Assembly: GCA_040954595.2 (NCBI GenBank)
Contig: CM082584.2
Span: 10,816,552-10,880,551, forward strand
Reading direction: 5' to 3'
Source: Balanoglossus misakiensis
Taxonomy: Eukaryota > Animalia > Hemichordata
Length of the DNA stretch: 64,000 nt
The notes below the pieces were generated by a model that made no database searches, was not told the origin of the DNA, and saw only the letters and a list, made by a program, of their open reading frames with translations. This document shows, in pieces, positions 49,197-64,000 of the stretch. The position numbers and the translations under genes were made by a program. Within the stretch, counting starts at the first letter, position 1, and every line of letters starts with the position of its first letter.

Positions 49197-52100
49197 CTAC
49201 GCTCGGAAATCTGGATCGCTTGAATCGCTGTCGTCAGTATAATCCAAGGAGAAGTGAGCAGAAAGTTAAGGCAAAATACTGCAGAGAAAGAGACCAACTC
49301 AGGCTGGAAAATCATTTTTACTTTTTTTGCAATAATGAATGATAACACTTGACATTCGATGATGCAAGTTTAAAGGATATTTTCTTTCTCTTCTTGTGTG
49401 GCTTTGGTTTTCTTCCTCGTCCAATGCTTTGGCGTGGTTTTGGTTTTGGTTTTGACTTGTGTCTTGAAGCCTGAAAATTAAGTAACTTTAATTATTTTAG
49501 AGCCCACATATGATGCAGACCTCATGAATGGTGTTGAAAATAACATTGATGTCTTGCATAGTTTTGCTTGTTGTTTACTGTCAATCAATGTAGTGTATCC
49601 CAGTGTGATATGAAAAATGCAGAATTCTGGGGAAATTGGTCAATACAAGACTTACCTGAAGAGGAATGACAGACATGTCTAAGCTTGTATCCATGCTGCC
49701 ATTAGCTGGCGTGCGTGGCATTGCAATTCCATCAGTTGATTCGACATCATCTCTTCCTGTGACACTGGTATCCTCCCTTCCCAGATTGCTGTTGTCATCT
49801 TTTATGCTATCCTCCTTTCCCATGTGGCTATCTTCCTTAGTGTCGTTGACCTTTCCCGGTGTTTCCGCAGCATTGGCCCCATCCACCACTTGAGGCAGCA
49901 TGTCGTGCCTATCCAGAACTACTGACAACTGCTGTGTTATCATGGGTTTTGACGTTGAAGCGTCTTGCTTGACTGCTGACTGGTCTTGACGGGGAGTTGT
50001 CTGACCAGATTCCTCAACCTCGTCATCCTCTGCTGGGTCCAATACTTCCATCAGCTGCTTGAACTGCAAATAATGCATAAAATGTACAAGTGATATTAGA
50101 GTACTACGAGGACTCAAACTCACAACCTAACAAAGGGAGTCACAGTGAGAATTCATCGTCGTCGTCATCATCATCATCATCACCCCCACCACCAAGAGTA
50201 GCACCACCACCACATTTTGCACTCAAGGAAGAGAACACGCAGAGGTCATGTTCTAAGTTCAATGATTCCAGTTTCCTACTCACATCCAAATATTCATTGA
50301 TAATCTCCCTCTTGACCCTGTCAGACAGTGGTGCTCTGGGTACACCATCTCGCAGGTACTCTAAAGCCCTTGCTGGTTCAAACCTGACACCTTGTTTCCT
50401 GTTTAATGCCTTGTCATACACCTTAGCCGATTCTGTAGGCGAATACCTGTGTATTGTGCTGTGAAAAAAATGAACAGAATTTCAATCATTAGAACATCAA
50501 TTACTCACATTCTACAGAAAGTAATACTGTGGTTCATTTTCTGAATACACATTTATGATTTTAATTTATTATCATGACGCAAATGACACAAAGAGAGAAG
50601 AGAAATGTACCTGTCTCTGAAACCATACATATCTTTCAGATGTTGCTTGAGAACAAGAAGTACCATGCATGCTTGAGATGCTATGCAACAGTCGATCAAT
50701 GCCGATGGATCTTCTGGTATCCGTGCTAGTAAAGACAAATAAACAAGACAAAAATATTCAATACCACACAGATTCAGCTACAAATAGAATCATTGTCATC
50801 TTAACTTGGGCTTCAGATCATTTGATATCACTGTACTCACACATGAGGTTGTCCACATCTTCTTCATCCTCATCTTCTAACAGTGGATAGATCATTTGAG
50901 GAGGCTCGGGAGGCTTCTCGGGTTCGGGCGTCTTGGCTCCACTGCTGGCTCTGGATGGCGGCCTAGAAGAACTATTTGCCTCTGCTTCTTCTGGAGCAGG
51001 GGGAGGGGCAGGTTGCGGAGGGTTGCTTCTCCTGAACAAGCACTACAGAAGTAAAGACATGAAGGTTTTTTTTTCATGGATGATAACTTATACTATCAAT
51101 ATTCAGGAATCCTGCACGATACACCAGAAAAATATCCAAATGTTCCGTACTATTAGGCTTATAAGCTCATAAGGTATTGAGACAAAGCTTACCTCTTTGA
51201 ATGACTGTAGCAAATTGGCACCAGACACTGAGACAATTATTTCAATGTGATGCATCATGAATAGAGGTTCGTCTTGTACAAGGTATGGATAATGGGCAAG
51301 ATTGTCGGCCACGTAGACAAGTAAACCCAGTGGGTTTTTCTGGTGAGACAACAGCAGAGCAAGATAAAAGGTGAGCAAATGAGTTGTTTATGAATACCTA
51401 AGTTAATACATTAATTCTTGACTGACAGAAATTGCACAAAGCACATATATCAATATGATTCAATATTTGCTTCCGTACTCTTATGATGAGCATGTAAAAT
51501 CAAGCGAGTAATTTCACGTTATTTCTATTTTGTTATGTATCTCTTCAAGGGAGTTTGCATTGCAGCAAATGGTCAGAGTACTTACTGCCTGTTCATCAAA
51601 CAGATTGAGGAGGTTCAGCAGTAGAGCTCTTCTGTGCTGTCTGTTTGATCGGATCAAGGTGTAAAGATGTGAACACAAACTTTGTGCATCGTCGCTTTTT
51701 ATGCCCCGAATTGGTTCTGAAGGATTGGAGCAGATGAGTCTCTGCAGTCGAAAGGACATCTTTATGCCGGCAAGGGCCTTCATCTGAAAATATCACCACA
51801 ACAAATTGACACGTTAAATTTATAAGCATGTGCCTCTCAGGATTAATAGACTGTGCGTAATTCAATCAAGTCCACCGTCCATTTCAAAAAATATTACTGA
51901 ATTCTGTGTCTTATATACACATATTACCTGCAAGGATCACACAATATTTTTACGCAAAAAAATAATAAAATCTTTCCATCAACCAGACTGCCTCTTACAC
52001 TGGCATACTCACATGAATAAAGCCTGGGTATTTGCTGTCAATGTCCGACAGCTGTTGGTCAGCCTTTACACAAATGTTGTGTTCTTGAAGATCTGTACCT

Positions 52101-55100
52101 ATGGCAACTAAGTATGGCACACACTGTAATGAATGCACACAAACAGGGGATATTAATTAAAACCCAGAAAAATATGAAATCATGTTTGGTACATACAAGT
52201 GTCGAATCGTTCTGCTTAGGAAGCAATGGCACACAGACATAGTGAGAATAGTGACTTTTGCCACCACATTGATGTAAAGATGTAAGTTATTGTGAGAAAA
52301 GTGGGAATGCTTTGTAAAATTACCACAGAAAGATTGGCAATGGTGTCTTACCTGGACAGGATGCACTAACCCTTGTCTGAGTATAAGGTGAACAACTTGT
52401 AAGGCACACATTCTCACTGAGGACTGCGAATGAAAGAACTCCTCCATCACTACTTTGAGATATATCTGCATAACTGTACTACTCATCCTGAAATAAAAAG
52501 TCCAGCACATTAATGTGGAACACTTGCTTTATATTATAGTATTCTGCATTCATTCTGTACCTGGTTTCATCAAATAACCACATGATGAGAACTAACATTT
52601 TTATGTGACTTACCCTGAGTGGATGTCCCCCATTTCTTTGAGATCCTCATCTTGCCTGACCTTTTTCCCTGTAAAAAGGAACATCATATTTAACTTCGAT
52701 TATATACTGTAAATGATGTTCTGTGCGAAGTTGCCAGGCCAATATTCATTGTTGCTGTAATTCAACCATGGGGCAACATTAATATAACTTACATTCTACA
52801 TCTGCTTTTCTCATTCTTTCCTCTTCGTCTGTTAGATATGTCGTTAAATTTCTTAGCACCTAAATGGAGACACACCATATGAAAATGCATTATCATTTGA
52901 ACTTATTAAAATAAAGACATTATATTTTATCAGGTCTGGTACACCCTTGTCTTCGTACACACAGTGAGAAACCAACACTGTTTGCATACAAACATAACTA
53001 TACATTATTGGTACATACCTGAACTTTGAGTTTGACTGATGCATCAGGATTGTCAAGAATTCCATTATACAAGACTTTCAACCTCCTGCCAAGCATAATT
53101 TCTGAGTGGGTGACACAGAAGAAGCCCAAGCCCTGCAGAGCTTTCAGCTGGATTTCTTGATCTTCATAGCCGACAAAATATAGCAAGACTTCTAGTACAC
53201 GGTCCTTCACTGATATCTGAAGATGAAAAATAGTGTTATTAATAAATACAGACATTTCCGGTATTGTTTCGGATTTTTAGTTTTCTGTCAAATATCAGAG
53301 CCCAAAACTCCCCAAAGTGTATATTTTCCACGTACAGAACACAACTATTAATTCATGTAGAGTATTTTCAAAACTGCAATCTCACCTTAGTGGAAGCCTT
53401 GATGTCCTTCTCAAAGTTAAAGTAGCGACAGAACAAGCCCACTGTAAATAATGACCTGCACAATGATGGTTTATTTGCAGCTAAGGTTGCACTACCAGGG
53501 TTCTGAGTGAGTTCGTTCTTGATCCTTGAAAGAACGCCTGGTTGGGAGAAAAAATAATCTTGATTAGCTTCTGGAAAATATAGGAATGTGAAAATCACAT
53601 AAACTAAGATCTGAAATATGTTTTACTTTTAGAGGGAACGCTGGGTCTAACAGAAAACAGTGGGACACAAGGACCTACCAAAGAACTTCTGAAAACAATC
53701 CTTGACCAGCTTGTAGTTGTGAGTAACATTGTTGACAACCGATGCTAAACAGCTAACACAACTCTGCAGCACCTGGAAACAAAAATAAATGGGCATTAAA
53801 GGTCGATGATCTTATACCCATGTGCGTAATTCCATGTGTACTAACATTATATCCAATCCAAATGTTCTGCAAATTTTATGTTCAGGGCATTCAAATAGTG
53901 GATTGTGATAGGATGTAAGTTGAGCCCGACAGTTGAAATCAAACAAGTTAACACCTGTCTCTTACCAGCTGTCCATGCTTTATGATAAGCTTCATAAGAT
54001 CCTCCTCCAGAGTAGCTAAGAAGACTTCACTAGGATGGTCCATCAGCGGCACTACCAACTCAAGTGTTTTGGCCACATTGAACAGGAGCATATAATCTCC
54101 TTGTGTCTGCAATAAAAAATACACGCTTGATCAACATCAGTGAGTTCAATTGTTCCATACATTTTCATTTGGTGTAGTCGAAACATAATACAGATCAGAA
54201 ACATTCTCTTTGCATCGCATTGAGAAAATCTTAGTTACTTACACTACACTTGGTACTGAGGTAGGGCTGGAGAGTTGTGGCATGCGACACCAATAGTTCA
54301 GGCTTCACTTTGACAAATAGGTACAATGTCTGCATGCAGGAGACCAATCGGTGGCTGCTTGTTGGTTTGCCCTCAGCAGACAGCTCTAGACATTAGAAAA
54401 ATCAACAGAAGAGTGTCAAAATAAGTACATCTGTACAGTGTTCACGCTGCAACTTACCAAAAGGCAAAATGGCTGATTCATGGCAATTTAAGTCATTTCA
54501 CATGAAACTCCTAAAGTATTGAGTCTTCCAAACAGCAGGAAGTGTCATAATGCCCCTCACACACAAAAAAACACTTGACAGAATAGAGAGTTCCTTACCG
54601 GCTGCTTTTTCTTCCAAACGCAGTACATTTTCCACCAGGCAGTCAACAATCTGTTCACATGCCTTGTACACTGGTTTGTTCATGTGGTCTTCCTCCGTCC
54701 TAAGAAGCTGAGGTACAGGAACAAAAGCCATAAAGTAAGCTAATGTGAGAACAACGCCTCCATCCCAATCATAGAAGGCAACATGCGGTATACACTACAC
54801 AAACACTTTCACTCTGGAATTTTTTACAACCACTGTTCATCGACACTTAACACTGCTTTCTTTCTTCCAAGATCCTCCAGGGAACAATAACAAAAATAAC
54901 GTAAATAATAATCATAAAACCCACGACAACTCTTGCCATTTGCAGGGCTTGCACTTGCCTTCCTTTGAGCTGCTTCTGTGCGACTCGTCCCTTCGTGAGG
55001 ACCTGAGTCGGATTTAGAACCATCTGGCAACATTAAGGACTGCAATAAATTCAGCATGGGTTATCTGACTGTTCATTTATCATCTTTTTAATTAAATTGT

Positions 55101-58100
55101 TAATTTTGCATTTTAAGAAATTACTGAAGGTAGTTTCTTCTTCATTACAGAACACATCAAATACATGCACTTGATTTTCATAAGAATATTTTTCAACGAT
55201 ATAAAATATTACCGGGTAATATATATTTAAATACTATATATATGATGATCTGATTTTGTGCATTTTTATAAAGGCTTATAATTTATAACATACAGAGATG
55301 AAAATGACAGAAGAGTTTGAGAGAACAGAAGTTTGAGTGGAGAACGTTTTGATAAAATGAAAAGTTGATAGGAGGTTTAGAATTAGTATTAGTTAATACT
55401 ACATTATACCCACACAGTGTTAAATGTTAGCCAGATGAAAGCAATCTTGAAGTTGTTTCTTTTTAACAGTTCGCAAAAACATTCAGTTTGCTTTCCTAAA
55501 ATTTTATGTTGGACTTTAAACAGCACTGTGTTGTTACTTGGCAAACAGACTGAGCTTTATTTTAGGAAAGCAAACTGAACATTTCTGGATTTTGAATGAA
55601 CTTGAGTAAAAATGCAAGCCCTGCAGAGTGAGATGTGAAGGAATAATACCACATGACATGATATGACATGAAGAAGAAAATGAAAACAGGTGTTTGTGAT
55701 CAGCTCTTACACTTACATTACAGAGGAGTTGTTCAAACCACTCATAGCCCGAGTCCTTACAAGCCGCTACGACGTCTGTGATGTGATGAACTCTTTGGAT
55801 AATCCTGGCAGAAACGCATCCTCGAATTGGAGTAAACCACATCTTCTGGAATGTTTCATTCACTAGTTTCTGTAAATGTGGCACATTCAAACAGAGAATA
55901 AGATGCTTACACTAACCAAATGCTATGAAGATTTACAAACTACGCTATTTTTATATCATGATCAACATTCTTCCAGCCCTGTAATGACACTCACTGGTCA
56001 GTTAAATTTCTTACCTTAATGCCTTCTTCATCATTGACTCTACGAATCATCTTGACACACATTTCTGGCACCTTAGGGAAGTCTGGGTGTTCTATGCAAA
56101 TATCCCGCAGTATCTTGATGACACGTTTACGGACACTAATACCAGTGTCCTGGGAGATACATTAAAAGCAAATGTCGTGATTAGGACGAACAATTCATAA
56201 ATATTGGCAGGCTGGATAATTTTTCTCCACTTTTCATTTTTAAGAACTTCCCAACTATTGAAACTTGGAAGAAGACTAAGCAAAAGTACAGTTGAGCTGA
56301 CTTACCCGTATCCTTTCAATCAACATATCGTAATACTGCGGAATCAGCTCTGGTTTCTTGAGGACAAACCTGCCGACCAATTCCACTGCTGCTTCTCTGA
56401 CACTGGTTGAATGATCCATAAACCTTCCATGCACACCCTTCTCCATGTCAGGCTGAAACAGCACACACACACAGAAAATGTCACTTTAAAATACATTATC
56501 GTCATGGTGTTGAACTGTTTGTGAATATGCTTGGAATACAAACACACTCAGTGTTGATAGATACGTACCCTTGCAAGCATACTTGGATCAGCTTCTACAA
56601 CCTGTGTTAGACATCTCACTGCCCTAGTTCGCACTGCTACTGCTTGTTCACTGAGTACCCTCAAAATCTGCCGGATAAGAAAGAACACTTGTTAATAACA
56701 TGAAGTGAAATGTACAATGATGATGTACTAACTCCAACTTCTGACCAATTTATTGAAAGGGTCAAGACACACATGGAGACAACATTGTACAGAATTTTTG
56801 TTGTGATTATAAGGAGAGCCATTCTGTCATTGGAACAATCAAGCATGATTTCTGTCTCTCTGATCGAGTTATGTCCACTTACCTGACTAAGATATATATC
56901 GAAACTCTGTGAGAATGGTCTGTTTGATGTGAGATACCTGGCTACCAAAGCAGCATTCTCATAAGTGAGTTTGCAATGTGATTGTCTGCAATGAAACAAA
57001 ATATTAAACAAAATTAACCAAAATATTAACAACACACAGACACAGGAGTGCACACCATGCAGAAAAACAAGTCTTTTACAAGATTGTGCTACATCCAAAC
57101 ATGTTTGAAGATAACACAGTGAAGATAACAAATTATTTTTGTAACAAACCAAAGAGTTAACTCTGATTCTGGCAGACAAACTGAACTTTAAATGAACACT
57201 TCTTTGTTAACAAACCACACAAAAATATAAATGCACATACCTTATTGATGCAAACGGTCCAACCTTACATTTGATCATTGAAATGAGGAAAGACTTTCTA
57301 CCCTCTGCTGACTGGAGAAGTCCTGTTGTATCCTCATCCGTTTCTTGAGACTTGACTGTCTTCTCAACTTCACTTGTGGAATCTCTGAACCACTGTCCTA
57401 TGTAAAATTGTCTTGCAAACTGCAAAGTGAAGCATGTTTTTCACATCTCTCATTTATGGCATATGTACAGTAAAAATTAAAATCTAATATATCATATGCT
57501 AGAGGATAGGGGCATGTCAAGCCACACTCCAATTTGCATTCACAGAAGAAATTTTAATGATTTTCCCCAACACAAAATATTTTCCAGTTTAAAGTCAGGA
57601 AATCTACTTACCAGTAAAGCTGGGTCGTTTTGTCCGTGGTAAGCCAAATAATGCAACATTGCACGTTGTAGAGTTTGAACTTTGTGCCACCTTTTCTTTG
57701 AGTCTGACTTTAAAGATTTGTCGTCACTATTATCATCTTCATCATCATCATCATCAGACATTTCACCAGTTAAAGCATTCGCCTGTTTCAGGGAGGAAAA
57801 ATAATGTAAAGGTCTAGAATAAATATTAATTGGATGCTGGGTAAAACAAAATCTCTGCCAATGACCAAATCCCACTCTCCTGGATCAACAGAAATGTTCC
57901 AAGTGAAAATTAACACTGTTAACTCAGTCTCATATTCAAGCATTACTCACATCATTGACAATTGCGTTTATTGTACTCTCATCTAATTGACTGGATACTG
58001 CATCTCTCCGAAGTCTGCTGGCTACTTGGCCTAGATAATCCAATGAAGATACCCTCATTGTCATATCATTTGAACGATTACTGAAGTGGTGTACCTAGAA

Positions 58101-61100
58101 AAAAGATAACATGTTAAATCAATCAATCAATCAATCAATGTATGTATGTCAAAAATGCACTGGTTTGACACAACATATCATATCAGGGGCTTTGACATGG
58201 TATACTTACAAGCAACCTGCCAAGTAGACTTAGAAACACTTCAGCGGCAGGCCATTCTGGCTTGTTGACAGTGGATAAGAGATCTTGAACAAAATTTTCA
58301 AATAATGGACGGTAATCTTCTTCATCTTTGCTAACACATCTGCGAGAAAAAATATCCAATTTCAAATTATTACATTCTTTAAGAAACCTCTTTGAAGGAC
58401 ACGCCACACATTCACCGCAAATACCACTGAAGTCGTCATCATCATGAAGAAATGCCAAATTAAACTATGAAATTGATAAAAAACTTACTTTTTAAGGAAG
58501 ACTGAAAGGAAATTCTGAGCAACTCTCAGGGCAGTTTCATACTGATTTATTATGACCACTCCTTTATCAATGTCTCCCTGCAAGAAAAACAAACAATAAC
58601 ATCATTAGGACTGGTAAGTTACCAGAAATAAAATCCTGTGTTAGTTTTGTTGTGTCACACAAAAGAAAGTCTGTATTGACTGTATAGGCATACCTTTCCG
58701 TAGGTACTTTCTGCGTCACTGTCGTCATCATCATCATCTACCGTTGCTTGGTTGTCTGCATCGATGGGCAGTGTTACTATACATTGGATCAGCTGTAGAA
58801 CTAAGGCTGTCACCATTTGGATGTTTTCTTCAGAATTCAGTCTAGTATTGGGACAGAAATGTTAACAGGGATATGAACTCAAACACATGAGACAAATTGT
58901 CTATCCTTTTTTGGATGGCAGATACTGACACTGACAACCAATCAGTCTGTTCAGAGCGCAAAATCATCATTTACCTGAAGTTCCTGAGATTTTTCTTACT
59001 GGATGGCAGCCTTGCCAATGATGCAAATATATCTTCCAAGATGAGCTGCCTGTGCTTCTCATAGCCAGAAAACACCTGCAAGAAAAACGTGTGGTTGAGC
59101 ACGGACTTGCAACTGCAGTGTAGATGTGTGACACTGAACGCACGGACAAAAGACAGATCTTCAAACTTGATAGGAAAGATAGCACACTTACCCCTGTGAT
59201 AACTTTCATTGCACTGAGTTGTAATTCACTGACATTCTCCACAAAGAATGGAGCAAGACCAATACTTGACAACTGAAAATAAACAGACAGTGGTCTTTAG
59301 GGAGTGATATTTTCAAAAAAATGCACTTTCAGTATACAGTGAACACCTAGCGTGCAAGATTCATTAGATTTCACGTTTATTTTATGCAGTGGATGTATTG
59401 ATACAAACAAAATACTTACAAGTAATACTGATGTATCTGTGAGTGGTTGGAGTTCCAGTAGATCAGCTAGATTAGAGACTAGTTCACACAGTTTATTATA
59501 CATTGCTATGATAGATTTCTCTTTGGTACCACTAGCTCTTGCACGTTTCATTCTCATATTACCAACATACACATCTGTGAGGAGGAAAAATACAATTGTC
59601 ATTTGGCAAATTAGTTGAAGCACACACGCTAAAGAATGGGACATTTTATTCCAAAACACATGCATCATATAAAATCAACAGAAAATGGAATGTCAAAAAG
59701 AAAAGAAAAATACCAAAACAATTATTATTCACCTCTTTCATGGGGATTGACCCTATAGACGGGGTCATACTCTGGATATATGGTGTTCTGTAACTGAAAC
59801 TTGACCAGAGTTCCAAGTCTTTCTATCACATCTTCAATGTAAACTTGTTTTGGCATGTTGGGAGATGTCATGATGTACATTGCTGTTAGGCTGGCATCAA
59901 TCGATCGGTTGACGCGGTCCATTGTCAATTCCCGCCAAAGTTTTTGTTCATGTTTATCTTCGTCATCCTGTGATACATCAAATTCAGTTAACATCAAAGA
60001 CATACTCATCGTTGGGTAATGAATTAAGAAAACATGCAAAGAAATCCATGACATTACATGAACGGAAAGCATAGATTTGGAGTAGAAAAGATTTTACTTC
60101 ATCACTCACCTGGTTCATCGTTGGCTGCAACCTACAACCATCTCTGATGTTTCTCTCCAAGATATTCAGAAGACGCACAAGTTTCTCCGGTGGTATCTGT
60201 TGGAAATATAATTCGGCAAGGTAATCACATGGTATATGGACACTAGAACATCCTAGCACTTGACACAGTGTTGAAACTCACCACCTTCGTAGCACATGGT
60301 GTCCAAAAATGAGAGTGTGTGACTTACCTTGCTCATAACTTCCATTGATTTCAGTTTGGCAGCTTGGCTGCTGAGTTCCAGTAATAACGGTTTTGTAATC
60401 AGCAAGTCTTGGGAACACTCGCCATCTTCCTCTGTAATCCATAATTTCAGATAATCAATCAAAAAATCATTCAGGTGTAACACTTTTCCTGTTAATAACT
60501 GTGTCATAAAACCAGTCCACTTTTACCCCGCGCATTGTAATGTGAACTGATGACACTCTCTCTCTCTCTGTCTACTACAAGATGCAAGAACATGGGAGAC
60601 ATTTATGAAATACTGTACCTAAATCGACTGTTAAATCCATTTCTTCAGAAATATCGAACACCGTTTCCATTGCGTTACAGAATCTCTTAAAAGTGGCACC
60701 TTCCATCAATTCTGTTAAGAATAGATGAGGGAAAAACAAAATTAATATTCACCAATTTCAAAACAATTGATCAATATGCATGGCTTTCAGGTTATGGCAC
60801 AAACAACAATAAACACTACGTACCTTCATCATTCGCAACCCTACGCCTGTTTGCCTTATTTTTCTTCGTTCTTTTACTTGGAACTGAAATATAATCATTC
60901 AGGCATTAGACTGACTTGTCTGACAGAATTATGCACATTGTGACAAATCTGAACATCCTGAAGTTCAAAAAAAAAAATATGCTCACATATTTTAAGTTAA
61001 CACTAGCCTTCAAACTTACAATCATCTGAAGAAGCTGTACTCAATGCACTTTCCATGTCAGCTGCAAAACTGTAACTTGTATCTGATCTTGATTCACTGG

Positions 61101-63956
61101 ATCTTCTCCTTTTCCTAGCTTTCCTTACTGGCGACGGTGGAGTCATCGGTTCATCGAGAACAAGCGGAGGTAGATCTTCTTCACAGTAACTTTTCCTCGG
61201 TCTCCCTGTTGGTGAAAACACAAGATTCAGCTTGTCAGAAGCTGTGTATTGTGGATATGGATTTCAAATGATACTATGCATCTCGCTGTGTTTACGCCAA
61301 AAGTGGCCCAAGATTTATATAAGTAACAGAACTCACCTCTGCCTCGCTTCTCTTCTTTCGATTTGCTCAGTTTCAGAGTAATCTTCTCACCAGCAGAGGG
61401 AGCACTAACAATATCATAACTGGGTACCTCAGTATCTCTGTCTGACTTTCTCTTCTTCAATTTCAGGGACAATTTCTCTCTCGACGGCGAGTCCTTTCCT
61501 TCAGCTATAGCATTAAGATCCAGGCGTTCCAACCGCACCATTGGCATTGGCCCTTTCTGTCCTGGGGATTTCAACTCAAATGCTGAAGCACTTTTCTTAG
61601 CAAGTGCTTTATCCTGTGCAAGATACAAATATTCAGATGCTAAAATGAAATTGCATTTGATACACAAAACAAAAATACTGGAAATAAAGCCGAAAGTTAC
61701 ACATAATGTGTCGCTTATAGAAGGACCACAGGAAAGCCTTTTCCCTTGGATAAAACCACAGACTTTCGCCAGGGTCCAATTCAGTTATATGATATAAGAA
61801 TACAGTAATACTTGACTCACAGCTTCTGAGAGTGGTTTCAACAGGACCACAGGTCCACTCTTCACACCTGAAGTGCTAGATCTCCTCTTAGAAGAATGCT
61901 CAGAAGAAGACACACTCTCAGCGTTCTCCCTCTTTCGATTGAAACTATCTTCCATGGAAATCAACTGCACTTCATCCCCATCTTCAGCTTTGGGAAGCGT
62001 CTCCGAATGCCCAGCATCTGCCGTGTTATTTTCTCGCACACCTTCTTGATTTGATCTTTCCACATCATTTGCAGGTCCTGGCTGTGCCTTCGATATCATA
62101 CACGGCACAATTTGGTCTTCTGATTTCAGTTGCTGCTGCGGTACAGGCTGCATTGACGACAGTTTCTGCAGTTCATCCTGATTCTGTGCATGCTGCTGTT
62201 GTTGGAATTGTGGCTGAAATGGTTTCTGCCTTTGGAAAGGTTTTCCACCACTCCCAGGTGATGCCGCTGATGGGACTACTGTGAGACAGGAAAGTCAATT
62301 GTAAATTGTTTTAAAAATTTCATTCTTGACAGAAAGTTAAAAAGCTTAACTGGAAAATTACAATTTCTTTCAGATTATCACTGTTTTCTGACAGCATATT
62401 ATATGGAGAGACCTTGCACATGTAGCCACCACCTTATCTTGCATATGATGGCTGCCCTTACCCAGACAGCTTTCAAGGATTTGTTGCATCACACATATAA
62501 ATTGTGAATGACCTTACCAGCAGCTCCTGGGCTATGAGGCACTGCCCTTGCTCTTGACTGTGGCGGCGACATAACACCCGGGGATGCGGCAGGGACTGCT
62601 GGACTGGGAGCAGTAGCTGGTGAGTATTGTGAACCAGGATAGCCATTGACTGAAGCTTGGGGTGCTGGCGCAGGTGAACCTGTGAGGATCAATGAAGGTT
62701 GTGTCAAATGGTATGAAAGGAAAAGAATGGATATTGCATTCTCACCCTTCAACTATGCAAGAAAAATATGAGGTTGCTCATCACAGAAAGGACTCTATCA
62801 CGAAGATTTTAATCATTAGAAGCAACATCTTGATATGCATTATGAAGCATAGTTAACCTTTTACCCCTTTTATAAACTACAAACCTTGTGTTATGTTTTG
62901 TTGCTGTGGCTGTTGTTGGAATGGGTACTGCTGGAATTTGTTTGGGCTCTGAGGGAACCTCTGCGGGCTGCTCTGGCTGAACTTTGCTGCAGGGCTGCCA
63001 GGAGTAAACCGAGGTGAGGGACTGCCCTGCACCAAACCCGCTGAGGGACTTCCTTGCACGGAGGTTGGCCCTCTGGTGTATGGTGAATGCTGCACCATTG
63101 CATCAGGCGACTGCTGGTAGTAAGGTGATGGTGCCATAGGCTGCCTTGGTGACATCCCTATTAGTGACATTAAACAAAGTTGATAAATGATTTAACAAGT
63201 TCAACTATGCAATCACATTGCAAAATGGAAATGAATTACCGGTATACATGTATAATACTTACCACCCATTCTATCCAACTGTGGTTTCTGTTTGAAGACA
63301 TTGGGATTTTTACTCAGAATAGCCTGCAACAAAGCTGGCATATCACCTTCAATGTCATCGTTGATTGATTTATCTTTCAGCTCACTGAAATTAAAAAACA
63401 CACAAAATATCAACTAATGATATCATCATTGGCCTAGCTGCGAGTTCAAATTCATGAGGGTTATGCTAGACTTACGAAAACTGTGTATTATTGCGAACAT
63501 GGAAGATGAAGTCTACTCACATATGGTCAGTGCTACTGTGAATGAGCGCTTGACGTAACTGAGGCACCAAATTTTCATCTGGAGTTGCAAGGAGCCGTCT
63601 TGCTTCTTCAGCCACCCGGTTGTTGAACAACAAGCTCTTATTGCCTAGTGTTGCAGGCAATGGTGAAGGCAGTGGCAACTCAGGAAGTACTGCAACAGAG
63701 AGAGAGAAAAAAGTTCATAGTCCCATTTCAAAGCACTTCTTTCAAAATTACAAACAATACTTTTCCCTAGTATTCAAATGTTAAAGGCAAACTGATGTAA
63801 GAGACAACTTAGTTTGAACAATATCCTATCTACAGAATATGTACATTAAACTCTTCAATATCATCAATTGTGGTAATGATGGCAATACTCACGATCAGTT
63901 AGACTGTTTACTCCAGCTAAAGTTGTTATAGGAACACTGGGTATTTCACCATTCAT
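49197..63956 (-). CDS. NIPBL: Nipped-B-like cohesin loader, complete coding span of ~45 exons. First exon 63956-63893; last exons 49470-49381 and 49253-49197
   Basis: N-terminus MNGEIPSVPITTLAG. HEAT-region motifs YRPLFENFVQDLLSTVNKPEWPAAE, SQSFDIYL, STSVREAAVELVGRFVL, LVNETFQKMWF, LRQGLVHPVQ, ADNLAHYPY..DEPLF. Confidence 0.97.
49254..49380 (-). other. U12-type (minor spliceosome) AT-AC intron, 127 nt, the last intron of NIPBL
   Basis: Minus-strand 5' site ATATCCTTT (49380-49372), branch site CCTTAAC (49271-49265), 3' AC (49255-49254). Splicing joins KKRKK in frame to FSLDYTDDSDSSDPDFRA*. Confidence 0.88.
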
Positions 63957-64000
63957 TGTGACAATTGTTCAGTTGGTTATCTGATAGCAGAGTAAACTCG

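Noticed and set aside
49278-49300. Canonical CAG acceptor for the last NIPBL exon
   Set aside because: The frame of the acidic tail hits a TAA from this acceptor. The AT-AC model fits without a stop.
50140-50282. Gly/Asp-rich extension of a NIPBL exon
   Set aside because: A donor GAT|gtgagt after EYLD joins to FKQLME as in orthologues, so the tract is intronic simple sequence.

Overview
Intron-rich metazoan genomic DNA, probably from a marine invertebrate deuterostome (taxon is inference only). Gene order from manual splice-site reading: 3' end of UBE3C (+); three tandem HNK-1/CHST8-14-family carbohydrate sulfotransferases (+), preceded by an orphan exon relic of a fourth; ZYG11-like A (-); RAD23 (-); COA7 (-); ZYG11-like B (+); ZYG11-like C (+); a CRAL-TRIO/alpha-tocopherol-transfer-like gene (-); and the full coding span of NIPBL (-). 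Most notable: (1) an ~820-bp element with no recognisable gene in a RAD23 intron, carrying a 166-nt hairpin with four tandem G.A mismatch pairs and an internal segment complementary to both element ends; (2) a U12-type AT-AC last intron in NIPBL whose retention would change the C-terminus; (3) three intact ZYG11 paralogues with divergence near the Gly/N-degron pocket, a GC-AG intron and an intron presence/absence difference, with COA7-ZYG11 head-to-head as in human; (4) several small non-autonomous DNA elements with TIRs/TSDs. I saw no rRNA, tRNA or CRISPR features. Exon coordinates were read by hand and lack transcript support.
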